Shown piece after piece: positions 13,260-28,550 of a stretch of DNA of 64,000 bases (the stretch's first letter is position 1; every line of letters begins with the position of its first letter). The DNA lies in NCBI GenBank assembly GCA_951406725.2, contig OX597828.1, forward strand, positions 70,556,001 to 70,620,000, given 5' to 3'. Position numbers and translations under genes: made by a program. Under the pieces are notes generated by a model. That model worked only from the letters and a program-made list of their open reading frames with translations, did not search any database and was not told where the DNA came from. This stretch comes from Octopus vulgaris. Lineage: Eukaryota.

Positions 13260-13640
13260 AGGCGGCGAGCTGGCAGAAACGTTAGCACGCCGGGCGAAAT
13301 GCTTATTGGTATTTCGTCTGCCGTTACGTTCTGAGATCAAATTCCGCCGAGGTCGACTTTGCCTTTCATCCTTTCGGGGTCGATAAATTAAGTACCAGTT
13401 ACGCACTGGGGTTGATATAATCGACTTAATCTGTTTGTCTGTCCTTGTTTGTCCTCTCTGTGTTTAGCCTCTTGTGGGTAGTAAAGAAATGGGTATTTCT
13501 TCTATCTTTACGTTCTGAGTTGAAATTCCGCCGAAGTCGTTTTTGCCTTTCATCATAAATTAAGTGCCAGCTGCGTACTGGGGTCGATCTAATCGACTGC
13601 CCGCCTCTCCCGCCAAAATATCGGGCCTTGTTCCTAGAGT
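13260..13640 (+). mobile_element. SINE family A (with partial tandem duplication)
   Basis: Near-identical to 5078-5470; a further diverged copy at ~13665-13850. Confidence 0.85.
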
Positions 13641-14674
13641 AGAAAATATTATATCATATTACAGTGGTGACCTGGCAGAATCGTTAGCATGTCGGACAAA
13701 ACAATCAGCAACATTTCCGCTGGTTCTTTACGATCTGAGTTCAAACCCTACTGAGGTCATCATTGCCTTTCATCTTCCCGGGGACGATAAAATAAAGTAC
13801 GAGTCTGGTACAGAGGTCGATGTAATCTATTTACTCCCCCTCCCCTCAAAACTGTTGGCTTTGTATCACAATTACAAAGAATTCTATGTGCATATGTGCT
13901 TGTGTGTGTATGTATTTGTGTATGTATGTATTTGTGTGTGTATGTATGTATATGATTATGGTGGATGTGAGGTAGTTTTTGCTAATGAAACTACACACAC
14001 AAACATACACACACACACACACATACACACACATACGTGTGCATACACCGAATCAACAAGAAAAACAACATAAAAACACCTAGAAAAACATTATTATATC
14101 TAAGCTATCAGATTAAACAACGTCTAAAAGCAACATCTTTTGATATTTGGTGTATGTTTGAGCCGTGGTATTTGGGTACGAATACCCCGATTGTTGGGTG
14201 GGATGGAATATTTGACGGGTGGTGTATGGGGTAGGGTACTCCGTCATGGCAAAGGTACAGGTACATAGCAGGTGGATAATTGATGGATTGCACCCGAATA
14301 ATGCAGTTTTAGTGAAGGAGGTTTGAATGTTCTGTAACAGTCTATATACACTGCATATTTGGGGACGTGTGTGTGTGTGTTTTGGAGCATGCGTGTTTCA
14401 GTATGTGTGTGTGTGTGTGTGTGTGTGCGTGTGTATGTGTGTGTTGTGTTTATGTATACGTATTTACACATACATGTGGCTTAACACAATTCAAAGGACT
14501 GTTTAATTCAGACTCCTTTATATATATATGCGTGTGTGTGTATATATATATATATGTGTGTGTATGTGTGTGTCTGAGTATATAGTATGTTTATATATAT
14601 ATGTACGTATACACACACACATACAAACATACATACACATATACATACATGCATATATGCAAACACACACACAC

Positions 14675-14706
<32 letters not shown>

Positions 14707-14743
14707 CATACATACACACACACACATATATTTATACATTCAT

Positions 14744-14873
<130 letters not shown>

Positions 14874-15441
14874 ATACATGCATATCGTAACAAAGATGGT
14901 TATCTCTGTCTCGCTCTCAGATTTACTGATTTGCACTGGATGGTCATTGTGGAAATGGTAAAGTGTCTGATACACACACACACACACACACATATACATA
15001 CATAGGTACATTCCTAAACATTCACAAACACGCACACGCACACACATACTCGTGCTGATAATGATAAGTTATGGTGGTGGCGGTGGTGGTGGTGTCACTG
15101 TGTTGATAATAGTGGCGATGGTGGTCGTGGTGGCCGTAGTTTTGACAGTAATGGTGGAGGGAGTGGTGGAAGTGTTAATGGTGATGGCGGTAGTGGTGAC
15201 GGCGGGTGGCGTTTGCGGCGATAGTGACTGGGGTTGCGGCGCCTGTGGATGCGGCAGCGGCTTTAGTAGTGAGTAATATTGGCGGCGGCGGCGCTGTTGT
15301 TGATGCCAGTGGTGGTAGTGGTGGGAGTGAAGACTCAACCAACACAAACCTCAACACGTCTACCAACAACATCATCAACGCAACCATCATTACCTCTAAT
15401 TCTTTCTTGCTTTCTTGCTTTCTTTCGTTCTTTCTTTCTTC

Positions 15442-15495
<54 letters not shown>

Positions 15496-16387
15496 ATCCA
15501 TCGCTTCCTCTGGTTCTGGCAGAAATCATCTGTGCTCGGAATGGCCTCCTCCAGATGTAAAAGTTCCCCAGATTTACCATTTGTATCGACTGTGCTCTTA
15601 GGATTTCATCAACATGTTAGGATTTCATCAACATTAATCGGATATAATGATTGCTTTCCGGTATTTAATGCTGCTTCCGTCGCTAATATCTAATTTTCAC
15701 GGAGTCCACCGACTATTTGTGATAGGAATGCCTGATTAGCCACGGTTTTTCTATATATTGGCTGAAGCGATGTTTGGCTAGCAACAATGATAGTGGATAC
15801 CTGCCGCTGATGAAGCACGAAAACGCAGAAATGACCCGATCTAGCATTTCTGCCACCGTTACTGGACAATTTTAGTTTGCTATTGATATTTCTATGCTTT
15901 TAAGCACTAAATATCAATACGAGATGCTCTCTCAAGACGAAAACCGAAGCATTACGGTGTCCTTACAATATATCCATGTTAAATAGAATATGTATGTATG
16001 TAAATGTGTATGTATATATGTATGTATATATGTATGTATATGTATTTATTTATGTACAAATGTGTGTGTGTGTGTGTCCCCGCGTGTGTCTATCGAAGTT
16101 ACTGCCATACCTACTAACGAAACTGTGTCTAATATAAAACGGGTGATCTACCGGTGGGAGAGCAAAATTCTTGGGTAGCTTATTTATTTGTGAATTCTAT
16201 GAAGCTCAGTTGTAATCAGGGTGGATATATGTAAGATATGTATGCGAAAATTATTGACATTAATTCACGTTAATTCTGTTTGGTATCCATGCTAAACAAT
16301 AAACGACTGCGACATGCCACAACAACAACATTAATAATAATCCTGTCCACTATAGACACAAGGCCTGAAATTTGGGGGGGGAGTAAG

Positions 16388-16552
16388 TCGATCACATCGA
16401 CTCCTGGACTTGACGGGTACTTTATTTATCGACCCCGAAAAGATGAAGGGCAAAGTCGACCTCAACGGAATTTGAACTCAGAACGTGAAAACGGAAAAAA
16501 TACCGCGAAACATTTCATCCGGCACGCTAACTATTCTGCCAGCACACCGTCT
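16388..16552 (-). mobile_element. SINE family A
   Basis: Reverse complement of the family A head and core. Confidence 0.75.
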
Positions 16553-16587
16553 TAACAATACTACTACTACTACTACTACTACTACTA

Positions 16588-16632
<45 letters not shown>

Positions 16633-16676
16633 ATTTTAAATTTTTGCCACAAGGGCAGCTTGCGCAAGGTGGACAT

Positions 16677-16842
16677 GAGTCGATGACACCGACCCCAGTA
16701 CGCAACTGGTACTTATTTTATCGACCTCGAAAGGATAAAAAGCAAAGTCGACCTCGGTGGAATTTGAGCTCGAAACATAAGAATGGATGAAATGCCGTTA
16801 AGCATTTCGTCCGGCGTGCTAACGATTCTGCCACCCCACCGC
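16677..16842 (-). mobile_element. SINE family A
   Basis: Reverse complement of the family A head and core. Confidence 0.75.
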
Positions 16843-16858
16843 ATTAATAATGATGATG

Positions 16859-16915
<57 letters not shown>

Positions 16916-16940
16916 GTAATAATAATAATAATGATAATAA

Positions 16941-17495
16941 ATGCCCGGATGCAGTACCAGGCAGTGGCTCTCATGGCTTCTGATCTTAACTGATTGGAAG
17001 TGTTATCATGTACATTGTTTTGTCTTGGTATAAAAGATGGGCTACAGCAAATATTCTGCTCAATACCACAGATTTGCTTGCCAGTTGTTTGACCTTAACC
17101 AGTTGAGCATGTCCCTTAGTGGCTGACGATATGTGCATCTCTGATCACGAGCAGAAGTAGTGGGGGAGCATCATAGCCATGTGTTGAGAGGGATTCTTTG
17201 GGGTTTGAATAATTCACCTCTGGAAACATGGGTGTTTCGTTCAACGTCCTTAAACAACCCTTATTCAGGGACCTTTTGAGCGGGATGGGCTACTCAACCT
17301 GAAGAAAATTCTAACTGGGCCCCACCGCAAGGTCATGTGCTGTTTATCTTGATATGAGATCACCATGTCGCGCACATATGGTTGTGATGCATGTGCCTGG
17401 TGTACCCTTATCAGACGGGTAGTCATGATGGGTATACTGGGCTTCGTATATTTTACCCCAGTGTCACTTTGATGACATGCTCTGCTCGCTCACTC
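16941..17495 (+). mobile_element. ~550-bp non-coding interspersed element in (TAA)n, copy 1
   Basis: gatgcagtaccaggcagtgg...gctcactc; highly similar to 17887-18437 and to 56639-57188 (reverse complement); (TAA)n on both sides. Confidence 0.9.
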
Positions 17496-17554
<59 letters not shown>

Positions 17555-17565
17555 TGATGATAATG

Positions 17566-17651
<86 letters not shown>

Positions 17652-17691
17652 GATGATAATAATGATAATAATAATGATAATAATAATGATG

Positions 17692-17728
<37 letters not shown>

Positions 17729-17744
17729 CAACAACAACAACAAC

Positions 17745-18539
<795 letters not shown>

Positions 18540-18675
18540 TTGTCCGAATATGTTGCTGTATATATTTATGTGTGCGTGTGTATGTCTGTGTGTGTGTGTA
18601 CGGATACCAGTGCGTGCCTGTGTGTTGCTGTATGCGTAGCTACGTATGTTTGTATATATGAGCGTATATGTTGCT

Positions 18676-18717
<42 letters not shown>

Positions 18718-19694
18718 AGTGGGGCAGTGTGTGAGCGTGGAGGTGGTGGTGGTGGTGGGAGGGGGTTTGTGTTTTTCTCTGATGAAATACGGAATATTCG
18801 ACCATCGTAGGTTTCCAGCTTATCGACCCAAATCGAAGATATTCGTAAACGATATGGGGTGGTGGAGTGGGAGGAGAGGTGGAAGAGAATGAGGGTGAGG
18901 AAGAAGAAAAGGAAGGAGAGGTGTATAGGGAGGGACAGGCAGAGAAGGCAGAGAGTCGGGGGAGAGAGAGGGAGAGAGAAGAAATTAATAAAACCATGTC
19001 ACAAAAGTGTTTTTGTTTTTCCACCTTCCACCCCTCCTTTACCCCTCCCCAGCCTCATCTACCCCCTCCTCTACCTCTACCCTGCTCTATTCTCATTTAT
19101 TCCGCATCTACCCCTCGTCTGCCCCATATCTACCCCATGTCTATTCCGTATCTACCCGTCATTTAAACTACACCCACTCACACTCCCTCTCACTACCCAC
19201 AATACACCCCTCCAACCCTCACTCATACCCAGATGTCTCGAGACACGGATCCGCCTCACGGCCGACCCGGCATTGTTTCTTGATTTGTGACCATTCCGAC
19301 CTCTGACATCCACCCGGGGTAGCACCTACGCTAAACAAACAAACAACAGCGACATCAATAACGAAATTAGCAACAATCACGCCAACAGCGACAACAACAA
19401 CAACAACAACAAAAGCAACAACAAAAGCAACAGTAAACAGCAACATCAACAATAACACCGGGTGTCCAGTTTCTGACACAAGTAAGGCGTTCTTGTTAAT
19501 AATTTGGTCTGTTAGTCACGTGATGATTGCTGGTGTCTATTTCCGTAATTAGGGAATTAAGGGATTAACAAAAAACAGGGGAGGAGGACAAACGGAGTAA
19601 ATCTGAAATTCTCTGACCAAAAAAAAAAAAAAAAAAGGAAAATGGGAAATAAATAAATAAACAATAAAAGCCAAAGAAAAAGATCAATTTAGAG

Positions 19695-19945
<251 letters not shown>

Positions 19946-20018
19946 TAGAATTGGTAAGACAACAAAAGGAAGAAAGAGACCTCGATATTATGTAGATAGA
20001 GGAATTTATCTGTAAATG

Positions 20019-20240
20019 TAATATGTGACAATTATTCGGTAGCTAAGACAAAATAAACTCCGAGTTTCGGATGCCGAGGTGGAAATCCACGCCGTCATCT
20101 CTTCCAGTTATCTGGCCATCGGAAAAATCTGGCCATTTTTCCGATGGTCGGATAACTGAAGAGATGGCGGCGTGGATTTCCACCTCGGCATCCGAAACTC
20201 GGAGTTTTTTTATCATGGCTACCGAATAATTGTCACATAT

Positions 20241-20242
<2 letters not shown>
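20019..20242. repeat. ~110-bp-arm inverted repeat carrying two opposed hammerhead-like motifs (Penelope-like inverted terminal repeat)
   Basis: Arms 20019-20128 and 20135-20242 are near-perfect reverse complements. The + arm has gataa-CTGAAGA-gatg...catc-c-GAAA-ctc g gag-TT...ttatc (20151-20214). Embedded in (TA)n. Confidence 0.8.
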
Positions 20243-20297
<55 letters not shown>

Positions 20298-20935
20298 ATA
20301 CATGACAAAAAATCATTTTTGCCGCTTTTTATGGAGACAAAAGGGTTTATAGGACTGCAAAAAAGAAGTACTCAAATGAAATTGAGACAGAGATACAAAA
20401 AGCATTGATTAGAGAACAAACATCAAATTCGAGTCAACGACTTTATATAACACCATGCTTCCATACATTTGATCATATATAAACATTACCATGTCCTTCA
20501 ACATATAAAAGGGATACATATATATAAAAGCACATATGGTAAAAAAAATATATATGCACATAATAATACAAATATAAGACATTTTTTCCTAAGTCGATTT
20601 CCTCAATTAAAGTGTCTCGATGTTTCGTTTTAGCGTCCACTTGGCAACCATTATTCTACACAATTTCACGAGTGTTTGCTTAAGATTTCTACGGCATTGT
20701 AAGATTGTTTCTTATAAGTTGTTCAATTATTTTGCAAAGGAGGGACGTCTTCCTCATAAAATTGTATTTTCTCGTTTATTCAAATGAAATACGTCAAATT
20801 ATTTTCTCTTGATATTTATTCAGTCTTTGTGTTAAAACAATATCATCGTCATCATCATTATCATCATCATCATCATCATATCAAAACACTATTCAATTTA
20901 ATTATGTTTCAACTATAATAGTAATTCCCTAATAT

Positions 20936-20978
20936 TCGTAGACAGGTGTTTCGACATGTTTCTGTCTCTTCAGTGCAA
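20936..20978 (-). ncRNA. Minimal type I hammerhead ribozyme motif
   Basis: Minus strand: ttgca-CTGAAGA-gaca gaaaca tgtc-GAAA-ca cc tg-TC-tacga; intact core, 4-bp helix II, GUC triplet, helix I with one mismatch. Confidence 0.7.
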
Positions 20979-21269
20979 GCTAATAAAGAGTCAATCAATT
21001 ACATTACAATTATTAAAAACAGCAAAAGAAAAACAAAGCATAGCGAAAATATATAGAGATAGGCCAAAATATTTGATAAAAAATTAATGTTCCATGGTTT
21101 ATTTTGGATCAATTGAAAAGGAAATTCAATCCTGATTGCAACTATCATATTTTAATGTATATATTTCTAGGGGTTGGACTTATTCGGTTATCTACGCTAG
21201 TGAGCAGCAGATTACCAGTGAATGTTATGGGAGATCCTAACGTCTCATCCAGAAGTGTCAGAGAGATTT

Positions 21270-21390
21270 ATCTTCCATCTCTCACTGCACGTAGAACCTT
21301 TTTATTCCAGCTACACCTGAGGTCAATTAGATCAAGATTAGAGAACAGACGTACGATTGTACCTGGGGAATTTTAACCTGCATCTGATTA
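21270..21390 (+). mobile_element. Possible decayed LINE AP-endonuclease fragment
   Basis: IYLPS...TIVPG, then frameshifted FNLH (cf. IxxGDFN motif). Confidence 0.3.
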
Positions 21391-22419
21391 GCGTCCAACT
21401 TAACAAGGTACAAACAGATCTGTATGAGTACCTTTGGGTACCTACTGTGCAAGAATTTATGCTTCCTAATTTCCTAAGAAACCAGTTGATACACGCATAG
21501 ACATACACGCCGTAAAGCCAGTTACCAATGAAATCAACTGATATATCTGCAAACAGAACGGAAGTGTTATAGCCTCGTCAGAAACATAAAAGCAGTTTTC
21601 TAAAGCTCGGTCTGTTTGACTCCAGAAGAGAACAAGACAACGTGAGAGTTTCCGAGATTTGGCTGCCGGAAAAACCAGCTAAATTCTTCCCAAATTATTC
21701 TCTGCTGTCATAAAAAGGAAAGGACAGTTTGAACGATGTAGTTTTAGATATACTTTACTTAAAATACAGCGGGGACGAGACGATAACGAGTGGAACACCT
21801 CGTTTAGAGCTGACCCGCAGATAGACGACAATAGCAACAACAACAAGGAAGAATATATTAGATAATATAGTCCAATATACATAATACCTAAAGAAAATCC
21901 ATGACAGTCATTGCTGGAACACCTTTTGTCATAGGTTTAAGGGTTCGAGACTGACCTGCGACTAAAGAAGAGCATCACTGAGACGAGGGTGCGTTTATGT
22001 AGACGTCCGCTTTGCCAGAAATAGCAACCAAATCTTGCTCAGTCCCGACTTAACAAGTGAAGGACGCTTTTAAATAGCCGTAAAGAGAAAGGGTGCGTAA
22101 AGTTGGTCTGTCTTAGATCATATAGGTCGGCTCAGTCAAGGGCTGGCCTGATCCCAACAACAACAGTAAGGGAAAATACGTTTGACGATGCAGTCCTAAG
22201 GTATATGGTCATGGTTGGAACGCATGTAGTGTACTTTACTGATGAATCATGGTCACCCACGATCTAAGCTATAACAACAAAACCAATACTATCATCACCA
22301 CTGCCAACAACAGAAGCTATATCGCCCATACAATTCGTATCTATCTGGAGCGGATCAGTCATGGTGGGTGGCCTTGTCTTTCACGATAAACAAGAATCGC
22401 CGTAAGGTCGATAATGTAC

Positions 22420-22465
22420 GGAGGAAACACGGACGAAACGGAAGTGGGAAGTGGCAAGATGGCGG
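22420..22465 (+). promoter_or_regulatory. Candidate housekeeping-type core promoter (tandem ETS sites plus YY1 motif)
   Basis: aacGGAAGTgGGAAGTggcAAGATGGCGG in a locally CpG-containing unique segment. Confidence 0.5.
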
Positions 22466-22491
22466 AATTAATCAGGTCTTTAAATCTGACA
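22459..22491 (+). CDS. Candidate first coding exon (MAELIRSLNLT), product unknown
   Basis: ATG in strong Kozak context (aagATGG) overlapping the YY1 site; 11 open codons; canonical donor ACA|GTAAGT at 22492. No downstream exon identified. Confidence 0.35.
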
Positions 22492-22773
22492 GTAAGTATG
22501 CTGAACTAAGTGAACCAACTCTCGCCAATATTTCCAGATCTTTTCAGTTGGTTAACAACGGAAATATTTCAGCTACAAAACACTTCAAAAATTTCCCTGA
22601 TAACCAAATAGACGCGTTTTGTATTTTGACCGACATTTTTGGTGATAAAATTGTAATCAAAGAGAAGCAAATGTGGAAGGCAAGGGGGGCGGGGAGATGG
22701 AAAGATACGTACACACATACGCACACACACATGCACACACATGCATACATACATACATACATACATACATACA

Positions 22774-22805
<32 letters not shown>

Positions 22806-22990
22806 CATATATATACACATACACACACACATATATATATATGCAGACACACATTCACGCACACAGGTTTGCATATACACACGCAAACGTATTTGTATGT
22901 CTGAGACAGAAATTAATGCAATTTTTATTTGCATTGCTTTCTGACTCACCTTTGTATATCAGTATGCATGAATTTGCCTCTCCCCCTTCT

Positions 22991-23034
<44 letters not shown>

Positions 23035-23071
23035 GTATATATATATTTTTTCTTTTCTGGTTTCAGCCCGA

Positions 23072-23100
<29 letters not shown>

Positions 23101-23102
<2 letters not shown>

Positions 23103-23221
23103 GCCTGCTCGCTTAGTCAGCGGGGTGGCGTCATTTGAAGGCTAAAACAATGCGAAGCGCATTGTGACCAGCGGTGTGTAGCAACATCTGAACGCCTGGT
23201 CGGTCACGGTAATCACGGTGA
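23101..23221 (+). mobile_element. Short GC-rich repeat fragment (probable SINE/LINE 3' tail) in (TA)n
   Basis: Discrete 120-bp island between (TA)n tracts, ending in the short duplicated tcacggt. Confidence 0.4.
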
Positions 23222-23244
23222 TATATATATATATATATATATTG

Positions 23245-24241
<997 letters not shown>

Positions 24242-24244
24242 TTT

Positions 24245-24476
24245 TTCGAAATGTAAAACCACACGTGGACTGTAGGCGATTTTTTCTCCTTCTTCCTTTT
24301 CTTTTGGACTTTCCTATGTCCCCTGTTTCCGAAGAAGAGTTTTGCGAAAAACATAAAAGGACCAATCTTTCTTTCCTTCTCTCAGCGTTTTGTTAATACT
24401 TTGCATGTGCCCCGTCCTTACGTTGTGGCTTTTTTCTTCTTGTTGTCTTTTTTCTCCGTTTTATTTTTATTAACTA
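24245..24476 (+). mobile_element. Short Penelope-like unit with strongly decayed hammerhead (24325-24360)
   Basis: gttt-CCGAAGA-a-gagt ttt gcga-aaaa-ca-ta; colinear with 41837-42050. Confidence 0.5.
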
Positions 24477-25160
24477 TATATATATATATATAGTATATAC
24501 ATATATATATATAGTTTATATATATATATTTAATATGTGTGTATGTATGCATGTGTGTATTTATGTATGTGTGTATGTACGTATGTATGTATGCGCAGAT
24601 TTGCATGTTTTATGCATGTATTCTCATGCATATAGTTGCATATCTAGACATGCTCATATATATTTAAATGATAAACTTCTGCAAAGTTTTACAGATTTTT
24701 ACAGTTCCAGTGATGGGTTGGATCTGGAGTCTTAGAATTAGTTTTCTCCTTACTGGTTTTCAGAAGCCTAATTTCTCAAGATTCGTATTTAGGCAGTGTG
24801 TTTATGTGTATGCGTGTATATAGATAAGATGGGGTATGTATGTGTGTGTGTGTTTATACGTGTATATGTATTATGTTTTATGTATATGTAGTTATGTGTG
24901 AGTGAGTATGTGTGTGCTTGTATATATGCATGTACAGTTGTATCTATAATCATATATATATACGCACACATGTATACACTCACACACATATATATACACA
25001 TATACGTATGTATGTATGTATGTATGTATGTATGTATGTATGTATGTATGTATGTATGAATGAATCAATGAATGAATGGTATGCGCGTATGTATATATAA
25101 ATGTATGTAACGCATGATTGTGAGTATATATGTATGTATGAAAGAACGTATGTACGTGCG

Positions 25161-25193
<33 letters not shown>

Positions 25194-25555
25194 AATGCAT
25201 GATTGTGTGTAAGCATGTATGTGTTGGTGTGTATGCCTTCAAATAGCAACGTAAGCATCTCAGCAAAAATCAAAAAGAAAATGGTGGACGAACAGGGTTT
25301 ATTGAAAGAGAATCATTGGAAGGCAAACGTCTTTTCAATGAAGTACAGCATAAAGACCGGAAGTTTAGAACAAACTCTGTAACAACAACAACAACAACAA
25401 GACCGGCAACAGAATCAGCAGCAGCTATTCCTATAGTAAGAATAACTTGCACATTAAAATGCCCCTCCCCCACCAAAAACAGAATAATAAAGTGCAAACA
25501 TTCATGGTTATTATAATTATCATTATCGTCATTATTATTATTATTATTATTATCA

Positions 25556-25586
<31 letters not shown>

Positions 25587-25706
25587 CATCATCATTATTA
25601 TTATTATTATTATTATTATCATCATCATTATTATTATTATTATTATCTTAGTAAAATATATATCGATGTATGTGTATATATATATACATACACCCATATA
25701 TATACA

Positions 25707-25742
<36 letters not shown>

Positions 25743-25792
25743 TACATACATACATACATATATACATACATACACATACGTACATACATACA

Positions 25793-25828
<36 letters not shown>

Positions 25829-26412
25829 TATGCGTGTGTGTGTGTGTGTGTGTGTGTGTATGTAGTGAGAGAGGGAGAGAAGAGGAATTATATAGACATA
25901 TACCTGGGGCGAAAACAAACAACAACAGTTCCTCGTCTAGTTTCGTGGGTAGATAATGAGATATTCAGGGCCCAAGTGCTGAGTGCACAGCTTGGTAAAC
26001 GGGTTTGCAGCTAATAACAACAACAGCAACAGCAACAGCAACAACAACAACAACAACAACAACAACCACACTACCACCACCACCAACAACAACAACAATA
26101 ATAATCTATACAACAGTGAATGAGATAGAAAAAACACTTTCTAGAAAATAATAGCCCCAGAATTTCAAAAAAAAATGTCGGTTAAAAAATAAAGTGAATG
26201 ACTTTCCGGGTGGATCGCGGTGTTTGAGAAAAACTCCACAGACTTCTGAAGTTTGGATGGATAGGGTAGATATTTTGAACGGGTGGGTGGGGTAGTTTAC
26301 GTGAAATTTGGGCTGCAACAATATAGTAAAATAATAAATAAAATATCAAGGACATATATATATATGAACTTTGTATATGTGTATGCGTGTATACAGAGAA
26401 GATGGGGTATAT

Positions 26413-26446
<34 letters not shown>

Positions 26447-26541
26447 ATACGTGTATATGTATTATGTTTTTATGTATATGTTATCATGTGTGAGTGTGTA
26501 TGTGTGTGCTTGTATATATGCATGCATAGTTGTATCTATAA

Positions 26542-26587
<46 letters not shown>

Positions 26588-27570
26588 GCACACATGTATA
26601 CACTCACACACATATGTAGAGATACGTTAGTACAAACATACATACATACACATACACATATATACATACGTACATACGTACGTACATACATACATACATA
26701 CATACATACATACATACATACATACATACATACATACAGATATACACATATACATGCATACATACACATACACATATATACATACATACGTACATACATA
26801 CAGATATACACATATATACATACATACATGCATACATACATACATACATGCATACATACATACATACATACATACATACATACATACATACCTACATACA
26901 TACATACATACATACATGCATGCATACGTACGTACGTACACCACAACATTTATCTACACCATGTGTATATATATACACGCTCGCTGAACCGTAAGGTTAG
27001 AATATATTGTTTACTTAGTTGATTTGCTAAAAAGAAAATAATATTAATAAATAAAATAAAATGAGAAACTAGAAATATAAAATAAAAATTTAAAAAATAT
27101 AATAAAAAGTCTATAAAATTTCGAAGAAATGTGACAACTATAAAAAGTGAAATGACACGAAATAACGAAACGAAACGAAAACAAATACAAAATGGCGTGA
27201 TTGCTCTAATTACGGAGTGTATACTGTATCTGGTGGCAAGTAGTTTTATACTAATGCGGTAAATGGGAATGAAGCGAAATATTTGAGAGACGAGCTGGCT
27301 TCAATGAAGGTGTGTGGTATTGGGATTAGGTTATTTCGACAGCGACCCTAATATCAGGGTTTCGATTCCCGAAACTGAGCCGTGAGTTACGTACTTGAAG
27401 AAAGGCCTTCATTTCACGCTCTTCCAGTCCCCTTAGCTGTGAATGAATGGCTCTGCGATGGATTGGGGTCCCGTTCAAAGTGGATGTTTTGTGATCTCGG
27501 TCACTTATAAGACATAGAAACCGAAGCGATAAATGTTGTAACTGTCAAGTATTAATATATTTTTCAATGA

Positions 27571-27870
27571 AGACGCATGGCTTAGTGGTTAGGTTGTGAG
27601 TTCAATTCCCGGCGACGCGATGGGTCCTTGAGCAAAACACTTTATTTCACAATGCTCCAGTCCACTCAGCTGGCAAAAGTGAGTAGTACCTGTATTTCAA
27701 AGGGCCAGCCTTGTCATACTCTGTGCCACGCTGAATCTCCCTGAGAACTAAGTTAAGGGTGTCTGGAGTACTCAGCCACTTGCACGTTAATTTCACGAGC
27801 AAGATGTTCCATTGATCAGATCAGCTGAGACCCTCGTCTTTGTCGTCATCGTCGCAACCGACGAAGTGCC
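27571..27870 (+). mobile_element. tRNA-derived SINE family C (octopus OR-like)
   Basis: tggcttagtggttag; gagttcaattcc; ccttgagcaaaacactt; tail aatttcacgagc...gtcgcaaccgacg shared with 57839-58168 and 62220-62550. Confidence 0.8.
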
Positions 27871-28475
27871 CTCATATATATTCTTCTCGCGGCGTATTTT
27901 CTTTTCCTTTCACGTGGGACAGAGCTGAAGAATGTCTGCTAAGATCAAACCCAATTTCCCTTGGTGTTACTGAATGGACAAGATCTATTCGAATATTCTG
28001 CTATTTTGTTTCTCTAGACAAGAACCTCTCAACCATTTTTGGCCTCTGGACCCTTGTGATTCTTATTTCATTTGGCTTCACCTTCCTAGACATTCCATTT
28101 AAAAAAAAAAAAAACATATTTTCATAATTAAATATTCTTAGGAATTCTATAAAATAAAATTTTTTAAACATTTTGCGTATTGTAGACACATAACCAGTTT
28201 ATTGCACAAATTTTAACTGATATATGGATCGCCAAGGATCGTATGGACCTTGTTGAGAATCACTGCTTTTGACAGAATTCCATGTAGGACCCTGCACCTG
28301 TTACAGGCATTAATTTTTTCATGGAGCTACATGTTCATGTATAACTTGGTCAAATATCACCATTGGTCCATGTTCCTTGATTCTGTTGTTCTCTTCTTAT
28401 TTCTTCATTGATTCGGAGGCCTTCAATGTTAACTTGGGCTTATCTGCTTTAATGTTTACTGATCTGTTGTGTGTG

Positions 28476-28550
<75 letters not shown>

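Noticed and set aside
15800-15855. CTGATGA…GAAA with an adjacent 9-bp hairpin
   Set aside because: No helix I and a poor helix II.
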